Positions 42,356 through 56,194 are shown, counted from the whole stretch's first letter. The stretch: 63,142 nucleotides of DNA, filler included, from Octopus bimaculoides (GCF_001194135.2; 10 parts of 10 records of this genome joined end to end with filler, not necessarily neighbours in it); one strand, 5' to 3'. Notes: a model not told the origin generated them from the sequence alone. Program-made: numbers and translations.

Positions 42356-42639
42356 CGAGAGAGAGAGAGAGGGGGGGAGGAAGGGGGAGAAAAAGAGAGA
42401 AATTAGTTAATTTATCAATTAGAGACACCGTATACTGAAAAACTCAAGAAAGATATCCTATGCCGAGGCATACACAAAAATGAAGCAAAAACATTGAGCG
42501 TTCAACTTCAAAAGCTATGCTCCAGCATAGTCTTAGGTGAGATGATAGAAAACAATCTAAATAACTGAACTATGATGTACTTGGCTAATGAGGAGAAGTT
42601 TGACGTATGAGGGAGTTAGGTAGGCAATTATGTTATATA

Positions 42640-43320
42640 CGAAGCTAACATTGTACAGTGTTTCTAGTGGAGTTTAATTGAAAATGAGTTGGCTTTGTTG
42701 TTAAATCTATAACGATCTTGTTGTCTGGCAACTGAATTAAGAAGGAAAGCGGAATCAGTGATTAGAGGAGTGTGGAAGGAAGCAGATATTATTTTATCGT
42801 AGATATGCCACAGATACGTGAAAGAAAGACATCAGCTGAGAGTGAAAAAATATTCTCAGAATTTCTTGTTTCTAATGGTTTCGGTTTAGAGTAAACATAG
42901 GTAAACTGAATGGCAGTCCTAATGAAAAATTACCTTGGACTTTTTTTAGTTGTACGACCCACCTGATGATGAGTCCATGTCTCATGCAGTCCGCTTCTCG
43001 AAAAAGGTGCCCATGGCTAGTTCAGAAGAAGGAGCTACTCTCATGTCTTTAGTAGGCCAGCCACCTGAGACTAGTGAAATCGACGTTCATCTTGGATAAT
43101 TGTCATGAATACAGGAAAACCATAGGTAGTGAAGGAATTGTAGTCTGCTGGGCGTTCTGAAAAAAAAAATGATTGGAAGAAATTGTTAGCGCAAGAACCT
43201 AAAAGAAGTAAGCACAATATAGCTGGTGAGACAAAAAGGCACGCGTAAACGGTGTGTACTCTGATTAAGATAATACGAGACCAGCTCGCTTCGAAGATCA
43301 CGGGCCTGGTTGCAGTAGAA
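42640..43320 (+). mobile_element. Decayed LINE (RTE-like) apurinic endonuclease region
   Basis: Scattered APE-like motifs occur across frames: VGFVVK, (Y)A(P), NGFGL, SEID, and DHGLV after a 1-nt correction. There are many stops. Confidence 0.4.
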
Positions 43321-44145
43321 AAGGCAGAATGAAGAGACAGCAAGTCTGTGAACGAGAGTTTGAGGCGTTGAAGACCATTCAACTCCACGTCAATCGAATA
43401 GTAACAGTAATGTCCAGTTGTGATAACAGCATTTCATTGTTGGTCTCACTCGTTAATTAGAATTTGAAGTGGTTTTTGTAGCTAAATCGATGACATCCTT
43501 CTTGACTGTAAATTGTATTTAGAAGGACAGTGGAGCATTGATCGGCGAACTGCAGAGAGAAACATAATGTTCCATTGATCATGGAAATGGTGAATACACG
43601 TGAAAGAAAAAGTTCTGTCATCTGACAGTGGAAAAAACAAATAATTTCCAATCAAGAGTAAAATTAAATGTTAGAGATGCTGCAGCTGTCTTTGGTTTGA
43701 CTTGTTGATGATTGAGGCGTAGAAAGAGAACATAGAACATGAGGTGATAGCATTAATGTTGTTTCACACCACCAGACTAGTGTTACTTCGATAAGTGCCC
43801 AAAATCTTTGTGCGTCCTCAGCTCAAACAGTGTATCCGCAGCTCGAACAGTTTGTAGAAGATGTATATTTTTTCTGTGTGCTTGTGTGTTAGTGTATGTA
43901 TGCATATGTGGGTATTGATGGATAGGAAGAAAAGGAAAAGGAGATAAAAACAGAGGGGAGGCTGGCAAGCCTAGGTGACTGTAGGTCTTCCAAAAACAAC
44001 CTTACCCGGACTATGTGCAATCTCATGGTCATTCATGACCGAAGTGGGTGTTTACCTCACCTTTCTTTTTTTACATAACCGTTTGGAATATACAAAATAT
44101 GAAGCTAAATTTATAAGTTCTAAAATTGCAGAAGAATTCGTTGGT

Positions 44146-44219
44146 GGGTAGTTTAGTTTAATGGTAAAACACTTGACGCGTAATCACGGAGATGTGAGTT
44201 CGAGTCTCATGGCTGGCCA
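44146..44219 (+). pseudogene. tRNA-like sequence (pseudo-tRNA or SINE head)
   Basis: gggtagtttagtttaatggtaaaacacttgacgcgtaatcacggagatgtgagttcgagtctcatggctggcca has a D-loop TGGTA, a good T-arm (gtgag-TTCGAGT-ctcat) and a CGT at the anticodon position. The acceptor and anticodon stems are mismatched and position 33 is G. Confidence 0.5.
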
Positions 44220-45189
44220 GTAGCGTATTTTTCTGCAATAAATGGATAATTTATCTTGATCACTCTATTTATAGCATTATCACGTGTTTGAGAATAAATT
44301 TATTTCTGTATATTACTTTCTTGGTTTTTGTTGAAGCAGGTTTGTACGGCACCTTTTGGTCGAATGTTACATCTTCGGGATCAGACCTGTGAGATGTTGT
44401 TCCCTTTTCGTTTTAACATTTATTTTATGTATTTCTTCTAGTACCTGCGAAACGACAGCAGCCAAAGGACACTCGAAATCTTTTTTTGTTTCCTTTTGTT
44501 GCTTTATCCAGGTTTTGTTTCTCATTGCTATGTGATTCATTAATATTTGAACACTATTTCTTGAAATTTTTCCTGTCATTGAATTAACAGATTCCCTGCT
44601 CCGGGCTTACAGGCACAAACAAAGAACTTCATTACTTGTTGACCCAGATCACACTTACTTCAGCCACGTCGCATGAAACATATGCTTGAACTATTTTACA
44701 ACAGAAAAAAAAAAGAAGAAAAAAACACGTAGCTATATCGGAAACTGCTAAAATCAACAACTTAATGTCTATTCACGGGAAAGGGAAGAAAGTATCATTA
44801 TTGCGTAAATCAAAATTTAACTTCTGTATATAAAATAATAAAAATAAAGTAACTAACGCTACTACATCGAACGATAAATAACATTAAATTCGATAGCATA
44901 ATTGTTCGTAGTAACATAATAAATGCGTTGAGAAAATTACTGCAGCAAAACTAATTTCAATATTCAAATCATGAAAACACAGTCTGCTCTGTCAGATCTC
45001 ATTTTTTATGACATTTTAATTCACTGTTTAGTGAGAGGAGGAGGGGAAATATTCACGACCATTTCCTGACCGTCCAAGACTGGTAAGAAGAAAAGTTGAA
45101 ATTATTCTCAGACCACAGGCAAGGTCCAAATATTTGCAATAGAGAGGACACTGTTAAAGACATCCAAGGCTCTTTAGATAGAACTATCT

Positions 45190-45530
45190 TTTATCTTTCA
45201 CTTGTTTTAGTCGTTAAGTTGCGGCCGCGTTCGGACACTGTCTTGAAGGGGTTTAATCGACCCCAGGACTTAGATTGTTTTTTTGTTGTTTTTTTGTTTT
45301 GTAAGTCCAGTACTTATTCTATAAGCCACTTTTACTGAACCGCTAACTTACGAGGACGTAAACAAACCAGTCAAAAACACACACGCGTGCCCGCGCGCGT
45401 GTAAGTATGTATACGATGTGCTTCCACATTGTTTCCGTGTACCCGGGGCTATAGTAAAAAATACGTACCCAAGGTGGTGTGCAGTAGGACTGAACCCGAA
45501 GTGACGCGGTTGCAAAAGCGAGCTCTTTTT
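45190..45530 (-). mobile_element. Composite SINE family B copy
   Basis: The 3' module, CA tract and head all lie on the minus strand. Other whole or partial copies: 5679-5770(-), 15555-15710(+), 18830-18925(+), 21849-21914(+), 46105-46260(+), 49280-49400(-), 49430-49515(-), 49862-50060(-), 52950-53170(+), 53400-53810(-), 57845-57915(-) and 58800-59000(+). Confidence 0.7.
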
Positions 45531-46393
45531 TTTTTTTTTAACTCCATAGCCATGCCTACTCTGAACGCCATGCTTAAGTAAAAATTTGTCAGATTTGTGA
45601 AACAAACCCGCCTATCAACTGCATTAAACAAAACCGTTTCTATGGAAAGTTTTGCTGAAGTCTTATACAGGAAAAATAAGTTGAACTATAACGCAACACA
45701 CTTGAAGTGTATTAAGACTTCTACATTTTAACTTTATCAACATGCACTCGAGTTAGCAGGGGAGTAGCCTCTATACGGTCATTCAACTTCCTAGATACAA
45801 CAAAATCACTCTTAGATCATACCTCTTTTTTTTTCTCTCTCTTTAAAATGAAAGTATACGTTTAGATAACACAATCTATCAAATAAACGAGATGGTCGTG
45901 AAAGAAAACAATTGAATATAGGCCTATTCGTTTAGGACCGATCCAAACTCATTATGTTTATCCAAAATACAATGGATATACATAGTGGTTTGATTATTAA
46001 CCTCGGCGTGGATATCATACCAACATATCCAAAACATCGAATATTAGGACAGATCACTGTATTGGTCAACAACCGTATGATTGAGTGTGACAGTTCTAGG
46101 CGCCGATGTGACTGTGTGTAAGAAGCTTGCTTTCCAACCACATGGTGCTGGGTTCAGCCCCACTGTGTGGCACTTTGGACAAGTGTCTTCTGCTATAGCC
46201 TCTAGCTCACCAAAGCCTTGCGAGTGGATTTGGAGGAGGAAAACTGAAAGAAGTCAGTCTTGTGTGTGTGTCTGTGTGTGTATGTATATATCTATATATA
46301 TATAAAAATGAGAATGTGTGTGTGTGTGTGTGTGTGTATTCGTGTGTATTCGTTTAACATTATACAAATATACATATATATACATATATACAT

Positions 46394-46428
<35 letters not shown>

Positions 46429-46585
46429 NNNNNNNNNNNNNNNNNNNNNNNNNNNNNNNNNNNNNNNNNNNNTTAATTAATTAANNNNNNNNNNNNNNNN
46501 NNNNNNNNNNNNNNNNNNNNNNNNNNNNAGGAGGATAAAAATATATAGATAAATAAAAATATACAGATATATACAGGTGTGTATG

Positions 46586-46617
<32 letters not shown>

Positions 46618-47613
46618 CGTGTGTTAGTGGATGGATGGATGGATGTAAGGATATGTGTGTGTATAGATAGGAAGATAGATAGGTATTGAAAGAGGAGAGA
46701 AAGACAGACAGACAAAGAGAGAGAGAGAAAGAAAAAGAGAGTAAGAGACACAGACAGGCAGACAGACAAGAGAAAGAGAGAGAGACAGACAGAGAGACAG
46801 ACAGAGACAGAGACAGAGATAAATAGATGATATAGAATTACTGATGTATATCCATTATTAGGAGCATTTTTCTTGTATGACATCAGATAGCCACTTATTG
46901 CGGACGGGCTTTGCACAGCATTCTACAAGGTTTTACCGAATCTTATTTGACTATATATATATAGTTGTATTTTGAGATGGTCATTTTTTTTTTGGCCAAA
47001 TAAGCACACACACTATATACTTTTTTCTTCACTCTTTTATTACTGTTCTTATTTTGTTATTTTAACTCATGTCCTTTGTCCAGAAACCTTTCATCACACA
47101 TCTGTGACCTTTTCAGCGACATTTTTCATTTCCGTGTGTGTTCTTGCTCCACTTTATTTGGCACCCCCTCCCCCCAAAACACCGACTATCCCGGAATACA
47201 ACAATATCTGTTTCAACACACGATTTCACATCAGGAGTCTTGCAAAACGAATTTATATATATATTTATATATATATGTATACAGGTATGTATGTGTACAT
47301 ATTATCAGTTTTGATTAGTTTCATATTATATTTACATGTATGTGTTTGCATATGTGCATGTGTGTATGTGTGTTTGAGTGTGTGTAGAAATTTTACTGCT
47401 TGACGATCTATTTTCAATCGGTGAGTCATAAAGATCAATGACATAACCTTAACAAGTGATTTGGTAGCACTGCTAACATAGTAGAACACAAAATTGATTT
47501 ATAGAGCATTTAATATATATTGTAATGTATTACGGTTGGATAACGAAATACGATGTCATAAACAGCTACCAGGTTTAATATGTAAAATTGGCATATCAAA
47601 TAATGCTACACCG

Positions 47614-47649
<36 letters not shown>

Positions 47650-47839
47650 GCTATTTAGAGTTCGTGGATAGTAAATGGGTTGTTTGTGGAGCTGATGAAT
47701 GAGCATAAACTTCTGAAATAAGGCATATACACCTATTACCTATTTTCACCTACGGTCTCAGTGTTGTTTACATTAGGCTCCCTCGAATATGAAACGTTGT
47801 AACAAATCAATGTAGTTGAAAATCTGTAGAGATAACCTA

Positions 47840-48080
47840 AGCAAGGACTCTATCATTGCTTATACAACATAGCTTGTGGATTGCAAAAAGACTGCGATCA
47901 TGAAGCCTCTCAGGAAATTTTGCAATGATTCTTCCTTGTATCATGGATGCCTTTATTTTTGTGTGTCTGTATACATTATCTTGCATAATTCCAATTGTTC
48001 CTTTGAATAAAACGTTCGGGAAAAGACGTTTTACAACCAGAGTACAAGTGGTAACCATTTTGTTTTCTTCAAACAAGATA
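47840..48080 (-). mobile_element. Possible Tc1-type transposase relic
   Basis: IMQDNVYRHT...FPERLHDRS resembles the Tc1 catalytic region QDNA..H...WP.RSPDL. The match is weak. Confidence 0.3.
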
Positions 48081-48550
48081 TGAATTTCATCCGATGGTCA
48101 TACAATGTATGTCTATGGTCTGTATTTTTCGATAAGATTTTCTAATTGTTTGTTGATTTAATCTAGAGGCGCGTTTATGCGGAATGGTAATTGAAATTTA
48201 ACTACTACAATAAAATCCGAGAAATCTTATTGCTTAAAGCGTAATAAATATTAACGGTAACCAGGGGAGTTTCCTTGTGAATGCTATAAAAATAGACAAC
48301 TATAAAAGAATAGCTATCTCCCTAGGAAGACTTAAATGTGCCCTATACAATGTACATACAAACAATGAAATAAGAACTTGATCTCAACTAAACGACAGGA
48401 AAATATTTATGCAGTGAGGAAATATTAATAACCAAAAAGACAAACTAGAAGGGCAATTCCAAAATATAACTGCAAAATCGTGAGAATAATCATTCTAAGC
48501 CCAATATATGCAGAAAATTGACTGCAGGAGATGAAAGCAAACAAGATGAA

Positions 48551-48584
<34 letters not shown>

Positions 48585-49015
48585 AACGAGACGACAACGG
48601 AGGAAGAGGAGCAAGAAGAGGGGGAGAGGAAGAAGGACGTGGACATGGACGAGGACGAGGGTTGAAGGAGGCAAATAGGAGGGTTAGCAGTAACATAAGC
48701 AACATAAAAAAAGCGTAATAACAATAAAATAAGAGTGAGAGTAGAGAGAATGTATGAAATGATAAAGATAGGCAAATATAGTGCAAGTTACAATTACAGT
48801 ATAGATGTCAGTATATAATGCGTTGATTTAAAGCAAAAATATGTTTCTATATTTACCGTAAGAACTAACAAATATTTCAAATTATTCTAGAGGAATGTAT
48901 ATTGTATGTATAAAAAACAACAACATATTTACACATTTCAATATTCATGATTTATTTATGTCAATGTGATCGAAATTCTGAACGACTAAATATAAAACAG
49001 TAGTAGTGCTATTGC

Positions 49016-49056
<41 letters not shown>

Positions 49057-49586
49057 NNNNNNNNNNNNNNNNNNNNNNNNNNNNNNNNNNNNNNNNNNNN
49101 TTAATTAATTAANNNNNNNNNNNNNNNNNNNNNNNNNNNNNNNNNNNNNNNNNNNNAATAGATAAGTATACGAAGTTTGAAAGTCTTTCCGTACCAAAAA
49201 CACTACGTAAAACATTAATGAAAAATGTGGCCCCCGTTTTAAAAAAGATCCGCAGTATTTTGTCTGTCTTTACTTTCTGAGAACAAGCCTTTGGTCGGCC
49301 CGAGGCTATAGTAGAAGACACCTGCCCAAGGTGCCACGCAGCGGGACTGAACCCGGAACCATGTGGTTCGTAAGCAAGCTACTTACCACATAGCCACTCA
49401 TGCGCTTGGCAACCAATCCGCAAGGTTTTGTTTTGCCATATGGCTATAGTCGAAGACATTTGCCCAAGGTGCCACACAGTGGGACTGAACTCTAAACCAC
49501 ATGACTGGGAAGCACACACATATATGCCTGTGCATGTATATATGTTTTGGTGAGAGGCTTATTGCCTGACCTATGTACTCATACTT

Positions 49587-49617
<31 letters not shown>

Positions 49618-50093
49618 ATAAAGACAGTGATGTTATGTTGTTGAGAGGTCACTTGGTGCATTTTGAAAATTTCTGATCAACAGAACAATAAATCTCTGTG
49701 AGTCTTCAATTATTTATTTGTTTTTTTTCATTTGAACTTGATGACACAACCTACATGTAAAGAAGAACCTTGTACTCCACAGAGACATACATACATATCT
49801 ACCTACCTACCTACCTACCTACCTACACACATACATACATACATACATACATACCTACATATATACTCTTTTACTTGTTTCGGTCATTTGACTGCGGCCA
49901 TGCTGGAGCACCGCCTTTAGTCGAGCAAATTGACCCCCAGGACTTATTCTTTGTAAGCCTAGTACTTATTCTATCGGTCTCTTTATGCCGAACCGCTAAG
50001 TTACGGCGATGTGAACACACCAGCATCGGTTGTCAAGTGAAGTTGGGGGGGACAAACACAGATACACAAACATATACACACACATACATACAC

Positions 50094-50129
<36 letters not shown>

Positions 50130-50545
50130 CATCGTTTAACGTNNNNNNNNNNNNNNNNNNNNNNNNNNNNNNNNNNNNNNNNNNNNNNNNNNNNNNNNNN
50201 NNNNNNNNNNNNNNNNNNNNNNNNNNNNNNNNNNNNNNNNNNNNNNNNNNNNNNNNNNNNNNNNNNNNNNNNNNNNNNNNNNNNNNNNNNNNNNNNNNNN
50301 NNNNNNNNNNNNNNNNNNNNNNNNNNNNNNNNNNNNNNNNNNNNNNNNNNNNNNNNNNNNNNNNNNNNNNNNNNNNNNNNNNNNNNNNNNNNNNNNNNNN
50401 NNNNNNNNNNNNNNNNNNNNNNNNNNNNNNNNNNNNNNNNNNNNNNNNNNNNNNNNNNNNNNNNNNNNNNNNNNNNNNNNNNNNNNNNNNNNNNNNNNNN
50501 NNNNNNNNNNNNNNNNNNNNNNNNNNNNNNNNNNNNNNNNNNNNT

Positions 50546-50808
50546 CGTTTAACGTCCGCTTTCCATGCTAGCATGGGTTGGACGACTTGACTGAGGATTG
50601 GTGAAACCGGATGGCAACACCAGGCTCCAATCTAAATTTGGCAGAGTTTCTACAGCTGGATGCCCTTCCTAACGCCAACCACTCAGAGAGTGTAGTAGGT
50701 GCTTTTACGTGTCATCTGCACGAAGGCCAGTCAGGCGATACTGGCAACGGCCACGCTCGAAATGGTGTCTTTTATGTGCCACCCGCACAAGCCAGTCCAG
50801 GGGCACTG
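50546..50808 (-). mobile_element. RTE-type LINE 3' end / derived SINE
   Basis: It is nearly identical to 51484-51710 (tttaacgtccgctttccatgctagcatgggttggacg...ctggatgcccttcctaacgccaaccac). The minus strand ends ...ggaaagcggacgttaaacga at the N gap. Confidence 0.7.
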
Positions 50809-50849
50809 GCATATATATATATATATATATATGAGTCAGGGAAATTACA

Positions 50850-51743
50850 AGGCTTGAAACTAAAGAAATTTTCATGCTAACCCCCCACCTATAGATTGCT
50901 AAACCCAGCGAGACCTGAAATTGGGTTAGTAGCTAAAAAAAATACTTAGAAATATTAATATTAGAATTAGGGAATTTACAAGGCTTTAGCAGTGGAATAA
51001 CAGTTTTACTGTAATAGATTTTGGTTTAAGAATATCAAGAAGAAGAATAAGGCTAAATTTACCCAGTTTGATATTTCATTTGACTTTTATCCCTTTAAAT
51101 TTAGTTCACTGCTTGATAAAGTTGTTGAATTTGTTAATTCATTTGTTGAAATTGACCCTATAGACCTAGATTTTAGCAGGCATACGCGGAAAACACTATT
51201 GTGCAGTAAAGGATTAGCATGAGAGAAAACGTCACTTAGTGACAAAGTATTTGATGTTTCTATGGAGTTATATGATAGTGCTGACGTCTGTGAAGTTATG
51301 GGTTTACTTATATTAAACACATTGAGATAGTGATACCGAGCTCATGATATTGGCTTATACCATGACGACGGTTTGGGTATTTCCCATGGGTGTGGTGGTT
51401 ACACCCTTCAGAGATTTAGGAAGGAACTAATTTCAACATTTAAACAATTAGGACTTAAAATCACAGTAACTACTAATCCCTGTCATCATCATCATCGTCA
51501 TCATTTAACGTCCGCTTTCCATGCTAGCATGGGTTGGACGATTTGACTGAGGACTGGTGAAACCAGATGGCAACACCAGGCTCCAATCTGATCTGGCAGA
51601 GTTTCTACAGCTGGATGCCCTTCCTAACGCCAACCACTACGAGAGTGTAGTGGGTGCTTTTACGTGCCACCGGCACGAAGGCCAGTCAGGCGGTACTAGC
51701 AACGGCCAGTATAGTTGATTATCTAGATGTTTCCCTAGATTCA
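50850..51743 (+). mobile_element. Penelope-like element reverse transcriptase relic, interrupted by an RTE-type insertion
   Basis: Frameshifted translation gives YRLLNPARPEIG, KFTQFDI..FYP, FDVSMELYDSADVCEVMGL, DIGLYHDDGLG and FKQLGLKITVTTN. After the insertion at 51484-51710 it resumes as IVDYLDVSLDS (51711-51743). Confidence 0.85.
51484..51710 (-). mobile_element. RTE-type LINE 3' end / derived SINE inserted into the Penelope-like RT
   Basis: Same family as 50546-50808, with a (TGA)n tail on the minus strand. It splits the RT between ITVTTN and IVDYLDV. Confidence 0.75.
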
Positions 51744-51843
51744 NNNNNNNNNNNNNNNNNNNNNNNNNNNNNNNNNNNNNNNNNNNNTTAATTAATTAAN
51801 NNNNNNNNNNNNNNNNNNNNNNNNNNNNNNNNNNNNNNNNNNN

Positions 51844-51921
<78 letters not shown>

Positions 51922-53814
51922 TGTCTGTGTGTCTGTGTGCGTGCGTGTGTGTGCGTTTACGTGCTTGTGTGTGCGTGCATGTGTGTGTGTGTGTTGATAT
52001 CGAAAGTTGACAGACTACTGAGTAAATGTGACCAATCCACCCGAGTAACTACTTCACCCTTAATGCCCCCTTTAAAAGCCCAGATCATTAAACGACGGTT
52101 ATCCATTAAACGACGGTTATAGTTAGTCATAACGTTGCCGGTAGTCTTATTTCTGTTTGTTATTAGTTTTATCCATCACCATTTGTCGAACGGCTAGATA
52201 CAGGACGTTAAGGGCGTCGAGCATAAAAACGAACATGGATTTGTTTAAGACTTTGTAAACTTGTACTCACCCATATGCATGTGAACGTGTATGCGCGCGT
52301 GTATATGTAATCACATACGCACGCACACACATAAACACACACACAAATGTGATTATATNNNNNNNNNNNNNNNNNNNNNNNNNNNNNNNNNNNNNNNNNN
52401 NNNNNNNNNNNNNNNNNNNNNNNNNNNNNNNNNNNNNNNNNNNNNNNNNNNNNNNNNNNNNNNNNNNNNNNNNNNNNNNNNNNNNNNNNNNNNNNNNNNN
52501 NNNNNNNNNNNNNNNNNNNNNNNNNNNNNNNNNNNNNNNNNNNNNNNNNNNNNNNNNNNNNNNNNNNNNNNNNNNNNNNNNNNNNNNNNNNNNNNNNNNN
52601 NNNNNNNNNNNNNNNNNNNNNNNNNNNNNNNNNNNNNNNNNNNNNNNNNNNNNNNNNNNNNNNNNNNNNNNNNNNNNNNNNNNNNNNNNNNNNNNNNNNN
52701 NNNNNNNNNNNNNNNNNNNNNNNNNNNNNNNNNNNNNNNNNNNNNNNNNNNNNNNNNNNNNNNNNNNNNNNNNNNNNNNNNNNNNNNNNNNNNNNNNNNN
52801 NNNNNNNNNNNNNNNNNNNNNNNNNNNNNNNNNNNNNNNNNNNNNNNNNNNNNNNNNNNNNNNNNNNNNNNNNNNNNNNNNNNNNNNNNNNNNNNNNNNN
52901 NNNNNNNNNNNNNNNNNNNNNNNNNNNNNNNNTATGTATGTATGTGTGTGTATATGTTTGTGTGTCTGCGTTTGTCCCCGCAACATCGCTTGACAACCGA
53001 TGGTTGTGTGTTTACGTCCCCCGTAACTTAGCGGTTCGGCAAAAGTGACCGATAGAATAAGTACTAGGCTTCCGAAGAATAAGTGCTTGGGTGGGGGCGA
53101 TTTGCTCGACTATAGGCGGTGCTCCAGCATGGCCGCAGTCAAATGACTGAAACAAGTAAAAGAGTAAAAGACTAAAAAGAGCATATAGCTCTTTTTAGTC
53201 CATTTAGAGTCGAGTGAACTGGAGCGACGTGAAATGAAGCGTTTTGCTCTAGAACACAACATGCAGCCAGTGTGAGAATCGAAACCACGGTCTCACAATC
53301 GTAAGTGCGATACCCCAAACCACTAGGCCACGTGCCTTCCCGTATCTATCAGTTAGGTACTACAAATTGGTTAGATAAAACTCAAAGACATCTTATCTGT
53401 TATTTCTTACTTGTTTTAGTCATTGGGTTGCGACCATGCTGGAGCCCAGCCTCCAAGGCTTTAGTTGAACAAATTGACCTCAATACTTATATTCTATAGC
53501 TTGATTGTTATTCCATTGGTATTTTCCGTCGGACCGCTAATTTACAGGGACGTCAACAAAGTAACGTCGGTTGTCAAGCGGTGGTGAGTTAAGTGCAAAC
53601 CCAAAGACATATGCACAATCACATACGTATATAAATATATATATATATATAGACACTCATATATGTATGTGTATATATATGTTTGTATGCATGTATGTAT
53701 GTATGTATGCATACATGTATGTGTGTATATATGTGCGACGAGTTTGCATACTCTTTCCGTTCACTAAATTCATTCACAAAGCATGTTTTGGCCCATGGGT
53801 AGAGCACAAGATGT

Positions 53815-54127
53815 GAAGGCACTTGTGGTAGTAGAGCATTCAGTTCATGAACTTACGTTCGTGAGTTCGATTTCCGGTTGCGCGTTGCATCCCTTGAGCA
53901 AGACACTTTATTTCACGTGGCTTCCGTCCAGTCAACGGACAGAAATGAGTTGTACTTGTAATTCAAAGGTGCAAGACTTGTCACATTCTGTGTCACGATA
54001 AATCTCATCGAAAACTACGTCAAGAGTTACGCATGTTTGCGGAGTTCTCAGCCATTTGTACGTTAATTTTGATGAGCAGACTGTTCCGTTGATCGGATCA
54101 CCTGGAACACTCACCGTCATAACAGAC
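53815..54127 (+). mobile_element. SINE family D copy, older
   Basis: It is the reverse complement of 58001-58314, with a head ...gtgagttcgatttccgg...ccttgagcaagacactttatttcacg. Confidence 0.75.
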
Positions 54128-54629
54128 AGACAGTCGAATAGTATAAGAACTGTGAATGAAGGATACATATTCCTTTGTTACATAGCTCTACCAAGCAGAC
54201 TTATTCATATTTTGAAACCTGTATGATGCACGTGGCTCTGGAAAACGAAAGAAGACTGGAATTGTCTTCCTTTAATCTCAAATAAATTTTTCGTTCATTT
54301 TGCTCAACGTTTATGACTATATAATAATGTGCAAAAGCCTTCATGTTTCCGCTAGCAATTTGGTAGTGAGGATCAACTGATTTGCCTTGCGCTGCAATTT
54401 TCTTACTCCAAGCGAAAAAGTTTTTACTTCGTAGACTAAAGCCAATTCTTTCTTCAGCTATTCGAAATAATGCGAACTGCTAAGTCTTTACTTCCCTATA
54501 GAGAAATTCCACACTGAATTATTATTTTTTTTTCTGTTATTTTCCTTAATAATATCCATGATATTGCGAAAGCAAGACAAATCGCGTTTAATCAACGACA
54601 ACTACAACTGCAGTAGAAGCAACATCAGC

Positions 54630-54815
<186 letters not shown>

Positions 54816-55158
54816 AATACCTGTTGTCGTAGGTGCCCAAGGAATGATAGCAAAAAGGGATGATTGTACCTAGCTCAGATACCAGGAAACCCCAAAATGG
54901 CAGAAATTCAAAAGATAGCTCTCATGGGAACTGCCCATATCCTACGTAAAATACTGTCTATGTAATCTCAAATTTTAAAACAAACTCATCATTTTTTTAT
55001 GTTTTCTTAAACATTCTCTAGAACAATATTATGTACAAAACCAAATATATGACACCCTAGGCATAACACCAACACAAACTTCTAACTTGTTTCTCTTGAA
55101 GTTTCTGCGTAAGACTTGGAGCCAACTTGTACAAATGCAAAGCAAAAGTCAAACATAA
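54816..55158 (+). mobile_element. Second 5'-truncated copy of R4/Dong-type family 1
   Basis: It is nearly identical to 37362-37705 (atacctgttgtc...gcaaaagtcaaac) and is flanked by (AAT)n on both sides. Confidence 0.85.
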
Positions 55159-55182
55159 AATAACAATAATAATAATAATAAT

Positions 55183-55586
55183 CTAACCATAATATTGCGG
55201 CAAGAAGACCAGATATGATTATTGAGCACAAAATAAATACACAAGATAAGATAATAGATCTTGCAGTTCCGTATGGTAGCAAAGTCGATACCAAAGAAAT
55301 TGAAAAACATTCAGAAATATCAAGATCTGGTCAGAGTGTTGAAGAGACTGTAGAAAGTCAGGACAACAATTATTCCTGTAGTTATTGGTGCGCTTGACAC
55401 AACATCTAAAACGCTACCTAAAAGACTGAAAGTGACTGAAATTGAAATTCGTATTGTCGACCTGTAAAAAAAAGTACCATTCTATATTCTCCAAGAATCC
55501 GAAGAAAGAATCTTGAGATTTCAGGAAATTTGTTGTTACCAAGCATCAAGATAGTATACCTGCTACGTTAACATGCACCAGCGAAA
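55183..55586 (+). mobile_element. 5'-truncated R4/Dong-type RLE LINE, family 2
   Basis: NHNIAARRPDMII...KIIDLAVP...KEIEK..YQDL...TTIIPVVIGAL has frameshifts but the same RLE motif, and it is diverged from family 1. It is flanked by (AAT)n on both sides. Confidence 0.75.
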
Positions 55587-55818
55587 TAATAATAATGATG
55601 GTTCCAAATTTTGGCACAAGGGCAGCAATTTCGAGAGATGAGATAAGGCGATTATGTTGATGCCTGTGTTCAACTGGTACTTATTTTATTGATCCTGAAA
55701 TTATGAAAGGAAAAGGTGGAATTTCAACTCTAGACGAAAAGACGGGCCCCAAAACACCGTTAAGCATTTTGTCCAACGCGTTAACGATTCCTGGTTGCAT
55801 TAGAAAATGATGATGATG

Positions 55819-55891
<73 letters not shown>

Positions 55892-55912
55892 CAACAACAA
55901 TAATAATAATAA

Positions 55913-56128
55913 TCCTTTCTACTGTAGTCAAAAGGCCTGAACTTTTGGGGGAGGGGACCAGTCGATTAGATCGACCCCAGTACGCAACTGGTGCTTAATT
56001 TATCGACCCCGAAAGGGTGAAATGCAAAGTCGATCTCGGTAGAATTTGAACTCAGAACGTAAGGAAGGATGAAATGGCGCTAAGCATTTTTTCCCGACGT
56101 GCTAACGATTCTGCCAGCTCGCTGCCTT
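55913..56128 (-). mobile_element. SINE family A full copy embedded in (AAT)n
   Basis: cctttctactgtagtcaaaaggcctgaa...tcgaccccagtacgcaactggt...gctaacgattctgccagctcgctgcctt. Confidence 0.85.
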
Positions 56129-56159
56129 GATAATAAAAATAATGGTTTCAAATCTTACC

Positions 56160-56194
<35 letters not shown>

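Noticed and set aside
44146-44219. Functional tRNA-Thr(CGT)
   Set aside because: The acceptor stem does not pair and the anticodon arm is broken; it is kept only as a tRNA-like relic.
44367-44579. 70-aa non-repetitive ORF MTGKISRNSV...
   Set aside because: It is short, has no motif or splice support, and is of a length expected by chance.
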